From an uncultured Gammaproteobacteria bacterium (GTDB lineage: Bacteria; Pseudomonadota; Gammaproteobacteria; Xanthomonadales; Rhodanobacteraceae), in NCBI GenBank assembly GCA_963804695.1, contig CAWDRH010000001.1, forward strand, positions 425,944 to 489,943: 64,000 nt of DNA. Direction: 5' to 3'. Shown piece by piece: positions 1 to 10,850 of this stretch; position 1 is the stretch's first letter, and each line of letters starts with the position of its first letter. The notes under the pieces are model-generated. The model made no database searches and was not told the origin of the DNA. It worked only from the letters and a program-made list of their open reading frames with translations. Made by a program: the position numbers and the translations under genes.

Positions 1-1338
<1,338 letters not shown>

Positions 1339-1389
1339 ATCAGCCGTCGTCTCGGTCCGCACCGGGATGACGCTTTGTGCTGCGGTTTC

Positions 1390-4359
1390 CTACAAGCTGC
1401 ATCCTTCCGGCGTGGGTCCGGTCCGAACCAGATTGATGGTGCCGTGCTGGCCTTGATTGGTTCCACCGGTGAACGTGTAGGTCAGGGTCATCGCGTTGCA
1501 GCTCTGGAAGGCGATATTGGCACTGCCGACCTGCACTGTCGTTGCCGTCGCCGGGTTGTTGAAGATGCCCCCGGTCGTCTCTCCGATCGGAATGTTGTTC
1601 AAGCTCGTCAGGCCGGCCGTGAACGGACCCGCGCCGGTCACGATCGTGTACCAGCTCTGGCTGGCCCCGCCTCCGGTCTGCTGTCCGTCCGGCAGGAACG
1701 TGTACCAGGCAGCGAAGAGCAGCGATTGAGCTGGATTGATATCGAAAATCAGTCCCTGACCGCTGGTGCTGGGGTCGTACCAGTCGCCGGACAGCAAATA
1801 ATCCGAGGGCGCAGTACCGTTGTTCGTGCCGCTGGCCCCGCAGGTGATGTTCGTGGTCAGACGCGCAAGCGGTATCGTGCCGCTGCGGCCGCTGCCATCG
1901 GTAAACGTGTAGGTCAAGCTGGCATCGTTGCAATCGCTGAACTGGAGCGTGGCCTGGCCGACCGCGGTCGCACCCACCGCCGGCAACGCATTGAAGTTGC
2001 CGCCATCCACCGCACCGATCGTCAGTTGGGCCGACGAACTGGTATTGCTGACATTGCCGCTCAAGGCATACCAGCGCTTGCCGCCCGCCGCTGTCACGTC
2101 AAAGGTGAACCAACCCGCAAACAGCAGTCCCTGTCCCGGAGCGACCAGATCCGGATACACCTCCATCTCGATACCCTGGCCACTCGTCGCCGGGTTGTAC
2201 CAGGATCCCGTCAGACCGTGTTGGTCGAGGTTGACCGGAACCGAACCTGTGCCGGCACTGCTCCATTGCGCCAGCAGGTTGGCCACATTGATCGAACCGA
2301 GACCCGTGACCTCATCGTAACCGGTGCCGACGGCATAGCCTGCGAGGCCTCCGCTCAAGCCGCTGGCTCCCGGCGTCGAATTGTTGCAAAGGCTGGGCGT
2401 CGACAGCGCGCAATTGGAAACACTGCTCGATGCCGCGGTCACATCGTGGAATACACCGTTGGCGGAATTGGTGGCAAGCGAGTACAGCCGCGGATTCAGA
2501 TTGCCCTGCGCACTGCCGATCTTCTGATTGAGCAGCGCAGTAATGCCGGCCATGCTCGGCGTCGATGCGGACGTGCCGCCGGCCGCGATGAAGTTGAATT
2601 CATCGTTCGATCCGACGACGCACGATCCACCGCCTGCCGCGAAGCAGGCGAAATAGGGCACGTTGATCGATGCGGCAAACGACACATCCGGCGTGTAGCG
2701 GCCCTGGGTACCGGGAACGCCGGTGCCGGTTTGCCATGAAGGTGTGGGTATATAGACACTGACGCCGCCGCCGCTGGCGGAGAATTGGGGGCTGCCATTG
2801 GCGTCAAGCGGATCGTTCCAGGCGCCTTCGGGGATGTAACCGAGCGCGGATAGATAATTCGTACTGTCGGAAGCCGCCCAATACGCACTGGGGTCAGCAC
2901 TGTCCGCAAATTCGGTGCCGCCGACACAGGTCACGGAGCCGGACGAACATATCGCGTTGATGCTCAGCGTCTGGTTTGCGCCCGGTGTCGACGTTCCGCC
3001 TTCGCAACCGGCCGCGCCGGCATCACCCGAAGCAACGAACACGGAAATGCCTTCGGCAGCGGCTTGCTGGAACAGTTGATTCTCGGCTTCGGTGCCGGCG
3101 CTGCCGTTTGCCGACTCGCACGAGCCGAAGCTGATGCTGAGAATCCTGGCCGGTACGGGATTGGTGTCAATGGCGTAGTTGGTGGCGAGTGCGCTGCCGT
3201 CAGCCAGCAGGGTGCCACTGGACGAGTTGATGTCCGCACTGACGATCAGGGTAATGGCCGCGCCTGGGGCTACGCTGCCGGCGCGCTCGACATCGAGTGT
3301 AGCCTCGGACTGATTGCCCACCGCATCGGTGGGATTGTCGCAAGTATCCGGGTTTGCCATCGAACAAGTTGTCGCGGGAGCGCCCGGGTCGCTGCCGCCG
3401 GGCGGCACGATCACCGTCGGCGCGGCGAACGTCACTCCGGCAAATTGCTCGAAGTTCGTCAGATCGGTGTTGTAGACGCGCGCCTTGCCCACGATCGCGA
3501 TGGTCTGTCCGCTACCGGTGATGCCTTGAGCCGTGAGTGAACTCGCGCCATAGATTTTTGCAAAATCGGCAGGGAAGATCGTGTACTGGCAGGTTCCGCC
3601 CGATGGGCAGTAGGTTTCTTCGGGCCGCTCCGAACTCGCCTTCAACGCAGATTGCGGGCGCGGGACCATCAGGTTTTGCGGACGCTGCCTGCTGACGTAC
3701 AGGCCGTGGACCGATTGCACGATGTTGGCCAATGCTGCGGGAATCTGCGGGTCGCCTGCATTCGCGATACGGGTTTCGCCGCCGACCTGGTAATAGTGCA
3801 TTGACGTGGCCAACGCGTTTGCGACTGTGGCGGCAGCGCCGCTGAATACGATGCGGGTACGGCTGTTGGCAACGCTGTCGACATGCAGACCCTGCGTGCT
3901 CAGCCAGTCCGAAACCGCATCGATATCCGGCTGCGAAGCGCCGAATTGTTCGCCGACCTCGACCGGCGTGAGCCAGTGATGATAGTCCGGCGATGCCGGA
4001 TCCTGCTGATCCTTAAGCAACTGCTGGAAGGCCTGTTCGCGTTCGGGCGTGCGCTTGAGTTCGATGGTCAACTGCGGCAGCGGCAGATCGTTCGCTACTG
4101 CGCCGGCGTCATTCTGCGACGTGGCCCAGAGCGCATGCTGTCCGGCGAGGACATGGCGCTGGTTAGTGTCGACCGATGCAGTGACAAGATTACGCGCTGG
4201 CACAGCCGATGCCGCGTCCGCGGATATGGCGAAGACGCTCGACAACACCGCGCTTGAGAAAATCAGGCCTGACAGAATCAGGCTCGTCAACGAACCCGGT
4301 CTTGCCCACGCGGCAACGTCGGAAAGAGTTGAAGAGAAGAAACGGTTCCCTGTTTTCAT
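1390..4359 (-). CDS. secreted sedolisin-family (S53) serine-carboxyl peptidase with pro-domain and a C-terminal tandem pair of ~125-aa WY(N/D)PxTSGQG domains
   Basis: 989-aa ORF with a signal-like N-terminus (LILSGLIFSSAVLSSVFAISADA). S53 hallmarks are present: E-x3-D (SEATLDVE), the oxyanion Asp (FVASGDAGA) and the nucleophile motif GGTSASTPSMAGI. The last ~279 aa are an internal duplication. Confidence 0.85.
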   Translation of the reverse strand: MKTGNRFFSSTLSDVAAWARPGSLTSLILSGLIFSSAVLSSVFAISADAASAVPARNLVTASVDTNQRHVLAGQHALWATSQNDAGAVANDLPLPQLTIELKRTPEREQAFQQLLKDQQDPASPDYHHWLTPVEVGEQFGASQPDIDAVSDWLSTQGLHVDSVANSRTRIVFSGAAATVANALATSMHYYQVGGETRIANAGDPQIPAALANIVQSVHGLYVSRQRPQNLMVPRPQSALKASSERPEETYCPSGGTCQYTIFPADFAKIYGASSLTAQGITGSGQTIAIVGKARVYNTDLTNFEQFAGVTFAAPTVIVPPGGSDPGAPATTCSMANPDTCDNPTDAVGNQSEATLDVERAGSVAPGAAITLIVSADINSSSGTLLADGSALATNYAIDTNPVPARILSISFGSCESANGSAGTEAENQLFQQAAAEGISVFVASGDAGAAGCEGGTSTPGANQTLSINAICSSGSVTCVGGTEFADSADPSAYWAASDSTNYLSALGYIPEGAWNDPLDANGSPQFSASGGGVSVYIPTPSWQTGTGVPGTQGRYTPDVSFAASINVPYFACFAAGGGSCVVGSNDEFNFIAAGGTSASTPSMAGITALLNQKIGSAQGNLNPRLYSLATNSANGVFHDVTAASSSVSNCALSTPSLCNNSTPGASGLSGGLAGYAVGTGYDEVTGLGSINVANLLAQWSSAGTGSVPVNLDQHGLTGSWYNPATSGQGIEMEVYPDLVAPGQGLLFAGWFTFDVTAAGGKRWYALSGNVSNTSSSAQLTIGAVDGGNFNALPAVGATAVGQATLQFSDCNDASLTYTFTDGSGRSGTIPLARLTTNITCGASGTNNGTAPSDYLLSGDWYDPSTSGQGLIFDINPAQSLLFAAWYTFLPDGQQTGGGASQSWYTIVTGAGPFTAGLTSLNNIPIGETTGGIFNNPATATTVQVGSANIAFQSCNAMTLTYTFTGGTNQGQHGTINLVRTGPTPEGCSL

Positions 4360-4476
4360 TGGGGCCTCGGTTGGCTGGCTTCAGGGCGGCTCCTCACCGA
4401 CCTTGGCTAGAATGCAGGTCAGCGCTGACGCCCACCTGAATAAAGGATTCGTTTACGTTGATTAACCGATCGTGCT

Positions 4477-5433
4477 TCAGGTCGCGGCCGTGGATGCCGG
4501 GTTGCTTACCTGCGTGTATTGCGGCGGCGAGCGATCGAGGAATCCGAGCGCGTGGCAATAGCCCATGACGTGCACGCCGGCGGCCTGCTGCTGGGCGCGG
4601 ATCTGATCGCGCAATGCAATCATCTGCGTCCAGTGCACCTTGGGCCGGTAGTGGTGCTCGGCATGGAAACCGTTGTACAGCCAAGTCCAATTGTATACTT
4701 TGTTGTACGTACTCACGCCCCAGGCGATCGGCGCATCCGGATTGCCCTTGAAATGCTCGTAGTAGCCGTTCAGCGACGACAGGGAATGGCCGAAATAATA
4801 GAATGGCACCAGCGCCAGAAACGCACGCCAGTCCCAGGCGAGGCAGGCCAGATACAGGCCGACAACGATATAGATCTCGCGCCAGATCCAGCGGGCCTTG
4901 TCCGGAAATTTCTCCTTCACGCGCTTGTACACCTCTCCGATATCGTCGCGGAAGTAACTGTAAAAAGTATACGTCCACGGGCTTTCCGGCTTGCCGTCCT
5001 TGCCATGACGCCAGATCGACAGCGGATCGATCGTGGTGCCGTTGGCGCCGATGCGATCCATATTGCCGACGTGATGGCGCAAATGGACATGGTGGTAGAA
5101 CTCCTGTGAAAAACCGTCGGTGACCGAGAGGATCACGCTGTAAATGCGGTTCAGCAGCGGCGAGCGGAAAAACGGGTTGTGGATGAAATTGTGGCTGGTG
5201 GAGTTGATGCTCCAGGAAATACTGATGGAATACACCAGCGCCAGCGGAATCCACAGCGCCCACGACATCGCATGGAAGCCAAAGAAAAGGGTAGCGACAA
5301 AGACAAGGTGGCCCAGCCCCATCAGGACGGGCAAGAGATCCCACGGCGTATAGGCGAAAAATGTGGTGCGGCTCGACATGCGAATACTGATCGGTGAAAA
5401 TGTACCGATATTTTGCCAGAAAGCGCTTGTCAC
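4477..5433 (-). CDS. membrane fatty-acid desaturase/hydroxylase family protein
   Basis: 318-aa ORF with hydrophobic segments and three His boxes: HNFIH, HHVHLRHH and HAEHH. Confidence 0.8.
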   Translation of the reverse strand: MTSAFWQNIGTFSPISIRMSSRTTFFAYTPWDLLPVLMGLGHLVFVATLFFGFHAMSWALWIPLALVYSISISWSINSTSHNFIHNPFFRSPLLNRIYSVILSVTDGFSQEFYHHVHLRHHVGNMDRIGANGTTIDPLSIWRHGKDGKPESPWTYTFYSYFRDDIGEVYKRVKEKFPDKARWIWREIYIVVGLYLACLAWDWRAFLALVPFYYFGHSLSSLNGYYEHFKGNPDAPIAWGVSTYNKVYNWTWLYNGFHAEHHYRPKVHWTQMIALRDQIRAQQQAAGVHVMGYCHALGFLDRSPPQYTQVSNPASTAAT

Positions 5434-5522
5434 CGCGTTAAGACGCCCCTAAATTCCCCGCAGCAGTGCTGCGCGGGTCAGGTTTCTTTAATCAATTATT
5501 GCGACAATGACGCGCTTGAGGC

Positions 5523-6248
5523 ATGACCTTGCAGGAAAACACCGTGTCCGACTGGACCATACTTTGCGATTTCGACGGCACTGTTGCCGTTGACGATACT
5601 ACCGATACCCTGCTCGAGCGCTTTGGCCGTCCCGGCTGGGAAGTGCTGGAAAGCGGCTGGCGCGCCGGTCGTATCAATTCGCACGATTGCATGGCCGGCC
5701 AAGTGGCCCTGCTCGATATGGATCATGCGGAGTTCGATGCGCATCTGGCCGAACGAGCGCTCGATCCGGCATTCGCGGATTTCGTCACTGCTGCGCAAAA
5801 CCTCGGTGTACCCATCGAAATACTGAGCGATGGTCTCGATTACGCGATCCACAACATCCTGCGACGCGCGGGCCTGGATTTCCTGCCGGTCACGTCGAAT
5901 CGTCTGCAACAGGTTGCGGACCGCGAATGGAGCTTGGAATTTCCGAACGCGAGCGCGGCCTGTCGTGTCGCCAGCGGCACCTGCAAATGCCTGCGTGCCG
6001 CGCTGGCGCAGGACGCGCGCAAACGCAGCTTGCTGATCGGCGACGGCGCATCGGATTTCTGCGTCGCCGAAACGGCGGACTTCGTTTTCGCCAAGGGCAA
6101 ACTCATCGCGCACTGCATCGCGAAGAATATTCCGCATGCGGCAATCGACGGTTTCGCCGACGCGCTTGCGCTGTTGCCGGCACTCGTTTCCGGGAAGCTT
6201 GTCGCCACGCCGCGTGCGGTGCCTATGCAGAACGTAGTCACAGCGTAA
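5523..6248 (+). CDS. HAD-superfamily subfamily-IB phosphatase (MtnX / phosphoserine-phosphatase-like)
   Basis: 241-aa ORF with HAD motif I ILCDFDGTVAV and motif IV GDGASD. Confidence 0.7.
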   Translation: MTLQENTVSDWTILCDFDGTVAVDDTTDTLLERFGRPGWEVLESGWRAGRINSHDCMAGQVALLDMDHAEFDAHLAERALDPAFADFVTAAQNLGVPIEILSDGLDYAIHNILRRAGLDFLPVTSNRLQQVADREWSLEFPNASAACRVASGTCKCLRAALAQDARKRSLLIGDGASDFCVAETADFVFAKGKLIAHCIAKNIPHAAIDGFADALALLPALVSGKLVATPRAVPMQNVVTA

Positions 6249-6267
6249 ACTTCCTATCCACTCCAGT

Positions 6268-6406
6268 GTCATCCCGGCATGGATTGCCGGGATCCAGACT
6301 CCAGGGAGGACAATCGAGCGTGCGTCTGCTTCTTGCAGCGGCATCCATGCAGCCTGGATGACCAGCTCCGCTGTTAGGAGCGACCGGCAATCCATGTCGG
6401 AATGAC
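6268..6406. repeat. MITE/REP-like element copy 1 (139 bp) with terminal hairpin-containing inverted repeats
   Basis: The left end is GTCATCCCGGCATGGATTGCCGGGATCCAGAC and the right end is CCGGCAATCCATGTCGGAATGAC. The element is intergenic between the HAD and aminotransferase genes and belongs to the same family as 8764, 29479, 40798 and 56804. Confidence 0.85.
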
Positions 6407-6437
6407 GAGCAAAGACATTTCACTTCGAGGTCAATCC

Positions 6438-7787
6438 ATGTCCAACACCCAACTCATCGCCGGCATCAACACGGCCGGCAGCGCCAATTTGTTCGAGGCC
6501 GCATGCAAGGTCATTCCAGGCGGTGTCAATAGCACGGCGCGTGCGACATGGTCGGGCTGGACCCCGTATCCGTTGTTCGTGAAGAGCGGACAAGGCTCGC
6601 GCCTTACCGACGTGGATGGCAACGAATACATTGATTATTTGCTCGGTCTGGGCCCAATGATTTTCGGTCACCGCCCACCGCGCGTGACCCAGGCCGTGGT
6701 CGATTTCATCCAGCAGCGCGGCACCGTGTTCGCGCTGCCGACTGCCGACGAGGCGCGTCTCGCGGAAAAGATCATCGCCGCCGTGCCCAGTGTGGATCAG
6801 GTACGTCTGTGCAACACCGGCACCGAAGCGGTGCTGTATGCCACGCGCCTGGCGCGCGCCTTCACCAAGCGCAGCAAGATCATCCGCTTCGAGGGCATGT
6901 ACCACGGCTTCTCGGATGGTGTGTACTGGAGCAAGCACCCCGCTATCGACAAGGCTGGTCCAGATAATCGCCCCGTTCCCGTGCCGCAGGGCCCGGGTAT
7001 GCCGAAGGGTGTGGAAGAGAATCTGATCATCCTGCCGTGGAACGATGCGGATGTGCTTGCCGACGTGATCAAGCGCGAGGGCGACAATATTGCCGCCGTG
7101 CTTACCGAGCCGGTGATGTGCAACACGGGCTGCATTCTGCCGAAGCCGGGTTATCTGGAAGTCATGCGCGAGCTGACGCAGAAACACGGCATCGTGCTGA
7201 TTTTCGACGAAGTCATCACCGGCTTTCGCCTCGGCCTGGCAGGCGCGCAGGGACGCTTGGGCATCAAGCCTGACTTGTCCGTGTTTGCGAAAGGCATCGG
7301 CGGCGGTTTTCCGGTCGCGGCGATGGGTGGACGCGCCGACATCATGGCGCTGGTCGCGAACGGCATGGTGTCGATGGCGGGCACCTACAGCGCCAACGGC
7401 ATTGCAATCTCGGCGGCAAATGCCGCACTTGACGAACTGAACACACCGGGCTTGTACCAGAAGCTCGATGCGGTTTCCGACGAGTTGCGCATTGGACTCG
7501 GCAAGCTGCTGCGCGACGCGGGTTTGCCCGCCTACGTGGTCGGTTTGGGGCCGCTGATGCAGGTGTGGTTCGCCAAGGATGAAATCCACAACTACCGCGA
7601 CGCCGAGCGTCACGCCGATCAAAAAATATTCCGGAGCTGGTGGGAAGGAATGCTCGCACGCGGGGTGTTGTTCCATCCGGGCGCGTACGAGAACCTGTTC
7701 GTCTCCACAGCGCACACGCACGCCGACGTGGCAGCGACGCTTGGTGCGGCAAAACAGGTGGCTGCGGCGCTTGCGCGTAACCTCTGA
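6438..7787 (+). CDS. class-III PLP aminotransferase, glutamate-1-semialdehyde 2,1-aminomutase-like
   Basis: The ORF spans 6402-7787, but the 6402 ATG lies inside repeat copy 1, so MSNTQLIAG (6438) is the likelier start. Class-III pattern: GGVNS, NTGTEA, FDEVITGFR and FAKGIGGGFP (PLP Lys). Confidence 0.8.
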   Translation: MSNTQLIAGINTAGSANLFEAACKVIPGGVNSTARATWSGWTPYPLFVKSGQGSRLTDVDGNEYIDYLLGLGPMIFGHRPPRVTQAVVDFIQQRGTVFALPTADEARLAEKIIAAVPSVDQVRLCNTGTEAVLYATRLARAFTKRSKIIRFEGMYHGFSDGVYWSKHPAIDKAGPDNRPVPVPQGPGMPKGVEENLIILPWNDADVLADVIKREGDNIAAVLTEPVMCNTGCILPKPGYLEVMRELTQKHGIVLIFDEVITGFRLGLAGAQGRLGIKPDLSVFAKGIGGGFPVAAMGGRADIMALVANGMVSMAGTYSANGIAISAANAALDELNTPGLYQKLDAVSDELRIGLGKLLRDAGLPAYVVGLGPLMQVWFAKDEIHNYRDAERHADQKIFRSWWEGMLARGVLFHPGAYENLFVSTAHTHADVAATLGAAKQVAAALARNL

Positions 7788-7830
7788 GCACCGAATCCTC
7801 TCCGCACCGGTTTGGCGGAAGGATGCTTGC

Positions 7831-8710
7831 TTATTCCCAGATCAACGTGCCGTCGATGACGGTACGTGTTTGCCCACCAACCCAGACAGCGCCATCGGCG
7901 TCGATCCGGATCGCGATGGCGGCATCGTGGTCCCATCTCACGGCCCTGACTGACACGATAACCGCGCGCGAGTTTGCCTAGCGGTTCGCTCTGCGCGATA
8001 TAGGCAGCGATCAAACCGTTCGCAGCACCCGAGGCCGGATCTTCGACAATGCCGACGCCAGCGGGAAACGCACGCACGACCAGATCGCAGTCGTCGGCCA
8101 CGCAACGTGCGAACACACACAGTCCCAGACAGCCATCGGCCTTCGCCAGCGCTCCGATCGCAGCGTGATCGGGATGCCATGTGCGCACCGCATTTTCGTC
8201 GGCGAGTTCGGCGAGCCACCAACGACGACCACCTTCGACAAAGGCAGGCGGCAGCAGACCGAGAGTACGATCGCCTAGCGCGCTGCACAGGCTCGGCGAA
8301 GCGTCGATCCCCTCGCGCAGCACGCGCGCGCGCGGCGCCTGCACGAACAGTTTTCGCGATGCGCCGCTGCCATCGATGCGGATCGGCAACAAGCCCGCAT
8401 TGCATTCTTGGATCAACAGCCCATCGCGAGCCTGCGCGAAGCCGGTATCGAGCAGGGCGTGCGCGCTGCCGATGCTCGGGTGCCCGGCGAAGGCGATTTC
8501 GGCAGTCGGTGTAAAAATGCGCAAACGGTAACTTGCGGCTGCATCACGCGGCGATAGCAGAAATGTGGTTTCGACCAGATTCGTCCAGGCCGCGAAACGC
8601 TGCATCTCCGTATCGCTCCAGCCACGCGCGTCGATCACCACGCCAAGTGGGTTGCCACCGCCGGGTCGCGCGGGGAAAACGTCGAGTTGCAGATAGCGGA
8701 ATGTCGGCAT
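7831..8710 (-). pseudogene. PhzF-family isomerase-like protein with an apparent frameshift near 7930
   Basis: The N-terminus MPTFRYLQLDVF..GGNPLGVV is typical of PhzF. After ..SQGREMG the listed ORF runs in a non-homologous frame to 7619 and overlaps the aminotransferase 3' end. The adjacent frame gives the expected end ..IAIRIDADGAVWVGGQTRTVIDGTLIWE with its stop at 7831-7833. 7831-8710 is 880 nt, which is not a multiple of 3. Confidence 0.75.
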
Positions 8711-8763
8711 GCGATCAGGTCGTAGAGAAGGTCGCGGATGATAGCGGATGCAGCGGACTCTCC

Positions 8764-8882
8764 GTCATCCCGGCAGGGAGTGCCGGGATCCAGACTGCAT
8801 GGATGCTGATCGTGCGAACAATCCAGCATCGACTCAGACCCATCCTTGGCAACTGGATTCCGGCACTCCCTGCCGGAATGAC
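8764..8882. repeat. MITE/REP-like element copy 2 (119 bp)
   Basis: GTCATCCCGGCAGGGAGTGCCGGGATCCAGAC ... CTGGATTCCGGCACTCCCTGCCGGAATGAC. The terminal inverted repeats are near-perfect over ~30 nt. The element is intergenic between the PhzF-like and KAS genes. Confidence 0.9.
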
Positions 8883-8884
8883 GG

Positions 8885-10099
8885 CTACTCAGCGCGTTTC
8901 AGCGCAACGACCGCGTTCAAGCCGCCGAACGCAAACGAATTCGACAGCGCTGCACGCACATTCTTTTCTCGCGCCGTGTTCGGTACGTAATCCAGATCAC
9001 ATTCGGGATCGGCGTCGAGAAAATTCGCAGTCGGCGGGATCACGCCTTCGCACAATGCACCGATCGCGGCGACGAGTTCGATCGCACCGGCGGCACCTAG
9101 CGCGTGTCCGTGCATGGATTTGGTCGAGGACACCGCGAGCGCGTCCGCGTGCGCGCCGAACACGCGGCGGATCGCCTTGGATTCGGTGGGATCATTGGCT
9201 GGCGTACCTGTGCCGTGCGCGTTGATGTAGTCAACGTCCTGCGGTGCGAGTTGCGCATCCGCAAGTGCACTGGCAAGTGCCTTGGCCGCGCCATCGACGG
9301 ATGGCAACACGATATCGCCGGCATCGGCAGACATGCCTGCGCCGGCGAATTCGGCGAGGATGGCCGCTCCACGCTTGCGCGCGTGTTCGTATTCCTCGAG
9401 CACAAAAATCCCGGCGCCTTCGCCGAGCACCATGCCGCGACGCTGCTTGCAGAATGGCCGGCAAGTGTCGTCCGCAGTTACACGTACAGCTTCCCACGCC
9501 TTGACCGTTGGCACTGTGATGCAGGCTTCGCTGCCGCCGGTGACGGCAAAATCCACTTTTCCACTTCTCACCATCTCGAACGCCTGGGCCATCGCGTGAT
9601 TGGCCGAGGCACAAGCGCTGACCACGGCGAACGACGGGCCGGTGATGCCGTATTCCATCGTGACCTGGCAGGCCGGTGCATTCGCCATCAGACGCACGAT
9701 GGTGAGTGGATGCACGCGCGGATTCTTGTCGCCGTAGAAGCGGCGCGATTGTTCGTCGTGCGTATTCTCGCCGCCGATGCCGGTACCGATGATGCAGGCC
9801 GTGCGTTCGCCGTCACCGTTGTCGCGGAAGTTCAGCCCGGATTGTGCCACCGCTTCGCGCGCGGCGATCAGCGCGAACTGCGAAACGCGGTCGAGAAACA
9901 CCAGTTTCTTCGAATCGAAATGTGCGGCCGGATCGTAGCCGCGCACTTCTGCAGCGATCTTGACGTTGAGCAGATCGGTCGGAATATTGGCGATCGGGCC
10001 GATGCCCGAACGTCCTTCGCGCATGGCTTGCCAGGTGGTGCTGGCTGTATGCCCGAGCGCGCTGATTGCGCCCATTCCGGTGATGACTACGCGCCGCAT
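8885..10099 (-). CDS. beta-ketoacyl-ACP synthase (KAS I/II, FabF/NodE-like)
   Basis: Start chosen at MRRVVITGMG. The active-site Cys lies in VSACASANHA, and the His motifs INAHGTGT and SSTKSMHGHALGAAG are present. Confidence 0.9.
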   Translation of the reverse strand: MRRVVITGMGAISALGHTASTTWQAMREGRSGIGPIANIPTDLLNVKIAAEVRGYDPAAHFDSKKLVFLDRVSQFALIAAREAVAQSGLNFRDNGDGERTACIIGTGIGGENTHDEQSRRFYGDKNPRVHPLTIVRLMANAPACQVTMEYGITGPSFAVVSACASANHAMAQAFEMVRSGKVDFAVTGGSEACITVPTVKAWEAVRVTADDTCRPFCKQRRGMVLGEGAGIFVLEEYEHARKRGAAILAEFAGAGMSADAGDIVLPSVDGAAKALASALADAQLAPQDVDYINAHGTGTPANDPTESKAIRRVFGAHADALAVSSTKSMHGHALGAAGAIELVAAIGALCEGVIPPTANFLDADPECDLDYVPNTAREKNVRAALSNSFAFGGLNAVVALKRAE

Positions 10100-10133
10100 G
10101 AGATGACTGGGATGCAAGTGGTCGGTATCGGAA

Positions 10134-10400
10134 TCAGCCCTGCGCGGCGGGAGCCGCAGCCTTTTCTGCCAGCAGTTTGTCGACTGCATCCACCAGACCT
10201 TTGACCGACTCGGTATCGAAATTCGGATCGCGGTCGGGCAGGGTAATCTTGTAGTGATCCTCGATCTCGAAAATGATCTGCACCGCGTCGAGCGACTGGA
10301 TTTCCAGTTCTTTCAGGGTGGAATCGGGAGTGATCTTGGCGATATCGATGCCGGCTTCCTTGGAGATGATGTCAAAAATCGTTTCCTGCACGCTGCTCAT
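10134..10400 (-). CDS. acyl carrier protein
   Basis: 88 aa starting at MSSVQETIFD. The phosphopantetheine attachment Ser lies in LEIQSLDAVQI. The gene sits immediately upstream of the KAS gene. Confidence 0.85.
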   Translation of the reverse strand: MSSVQETIFDIISKEAGIDIAKITPDSTLKELEIQSLDAVQIIFEIEDHYKITLPDRDPNFDTESVKGLVDAVDKLLAEKAAAPAAQG

Positions 10401-10451
10401 TGAGTCTCTCCGCGGTGGGGGTGTCGAAGGCATGGTCATCGGGGCGCTAGA

Positions 10452-10850
10452 TTAACCCGAGCCGGGCGTGCGGTCGATGGCATCATCGTCACCGATGGCC
10501 AGAATGCCGGCGACGATGATCGCGGCGCCGAGCAATTGCAGCCAGCTCAAGTGTTCGCCGAAGACCAGATACGACGCGAACATCACGGCGACGAACACGA
10601 TCGCACTCATGGTGAATGCTGCCGCAAGAGTGGTCTTGCGCAGGATCGTCATCCACGCCAGAAAAGCGCCGACATAGCAGCCGATGGCGACCCACAGCCA
10701 GGGCGTGGACAGGGCATGGCGAAACGCGGCGATGGAAAAATCGAACGCACCGGTTTCGCGCCCGGCGAACTTGAGCGAGATCTGGCACAGGGTCTCGAAG
10801 CCGAGCAGCAAACTCCAGGCGAACCAGGCTCTGGCTGGGCGTCGCGTCAC
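10452..10850 (-). CDS. small EamA/SMR-like (ArnE/ArnF-like) membrane protein
   Basis: The GTG at 10850 overlaps the stop of the upstream gene (GTGA). About 132 aa, with about 4 hydrophobic helices (WSLLLGFETLCQISL.., WLWVAIGCYVGAFLAW.., IVFVAVMFASYLVF.., LLGAAIIVAGILAI). Confidence 0.6.
   Translation of the reverse strand: MTRRPARAWFAWSLLLGFETLCQISLKFAGRETGAFDFSIAAFRHALSTPWLWVAIGCYVGAFLAWMTILRKTTLAAAFTMSAIVFVAVMFASYLVFGEHLSWLQLLGAAIIVAGILAIGDDDAIDRTPGSG

Noticed and set aside
1375-2739. 454-aa plus-strand ORF inside the first S53 gene. Similar long shadow ORFs lie at 31528-32778 (-), 38253-39431 (-), 49426-51576 (+), 53403-55232 (-), 15518-16504 (-) and 10452-11666 (upstream part)
   Set aside because: All are antisense to, or out of frame with, genes that have clear family motifs. 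Their translations are low-complexity and R/A/G/P-rich, so they are high-GC artefacts.
6402-6437. ATG at 6402 as the start of the aminotransferase
   Set aside because: The codon is part of the ..CGGAATGACG terminus of the MITE-like repeat. Copy 3 ends in the identical ..GGAATGACGAGC terminus, and the other copies end in ..GGAATGAC. The start at 6438 is therefore preferred.
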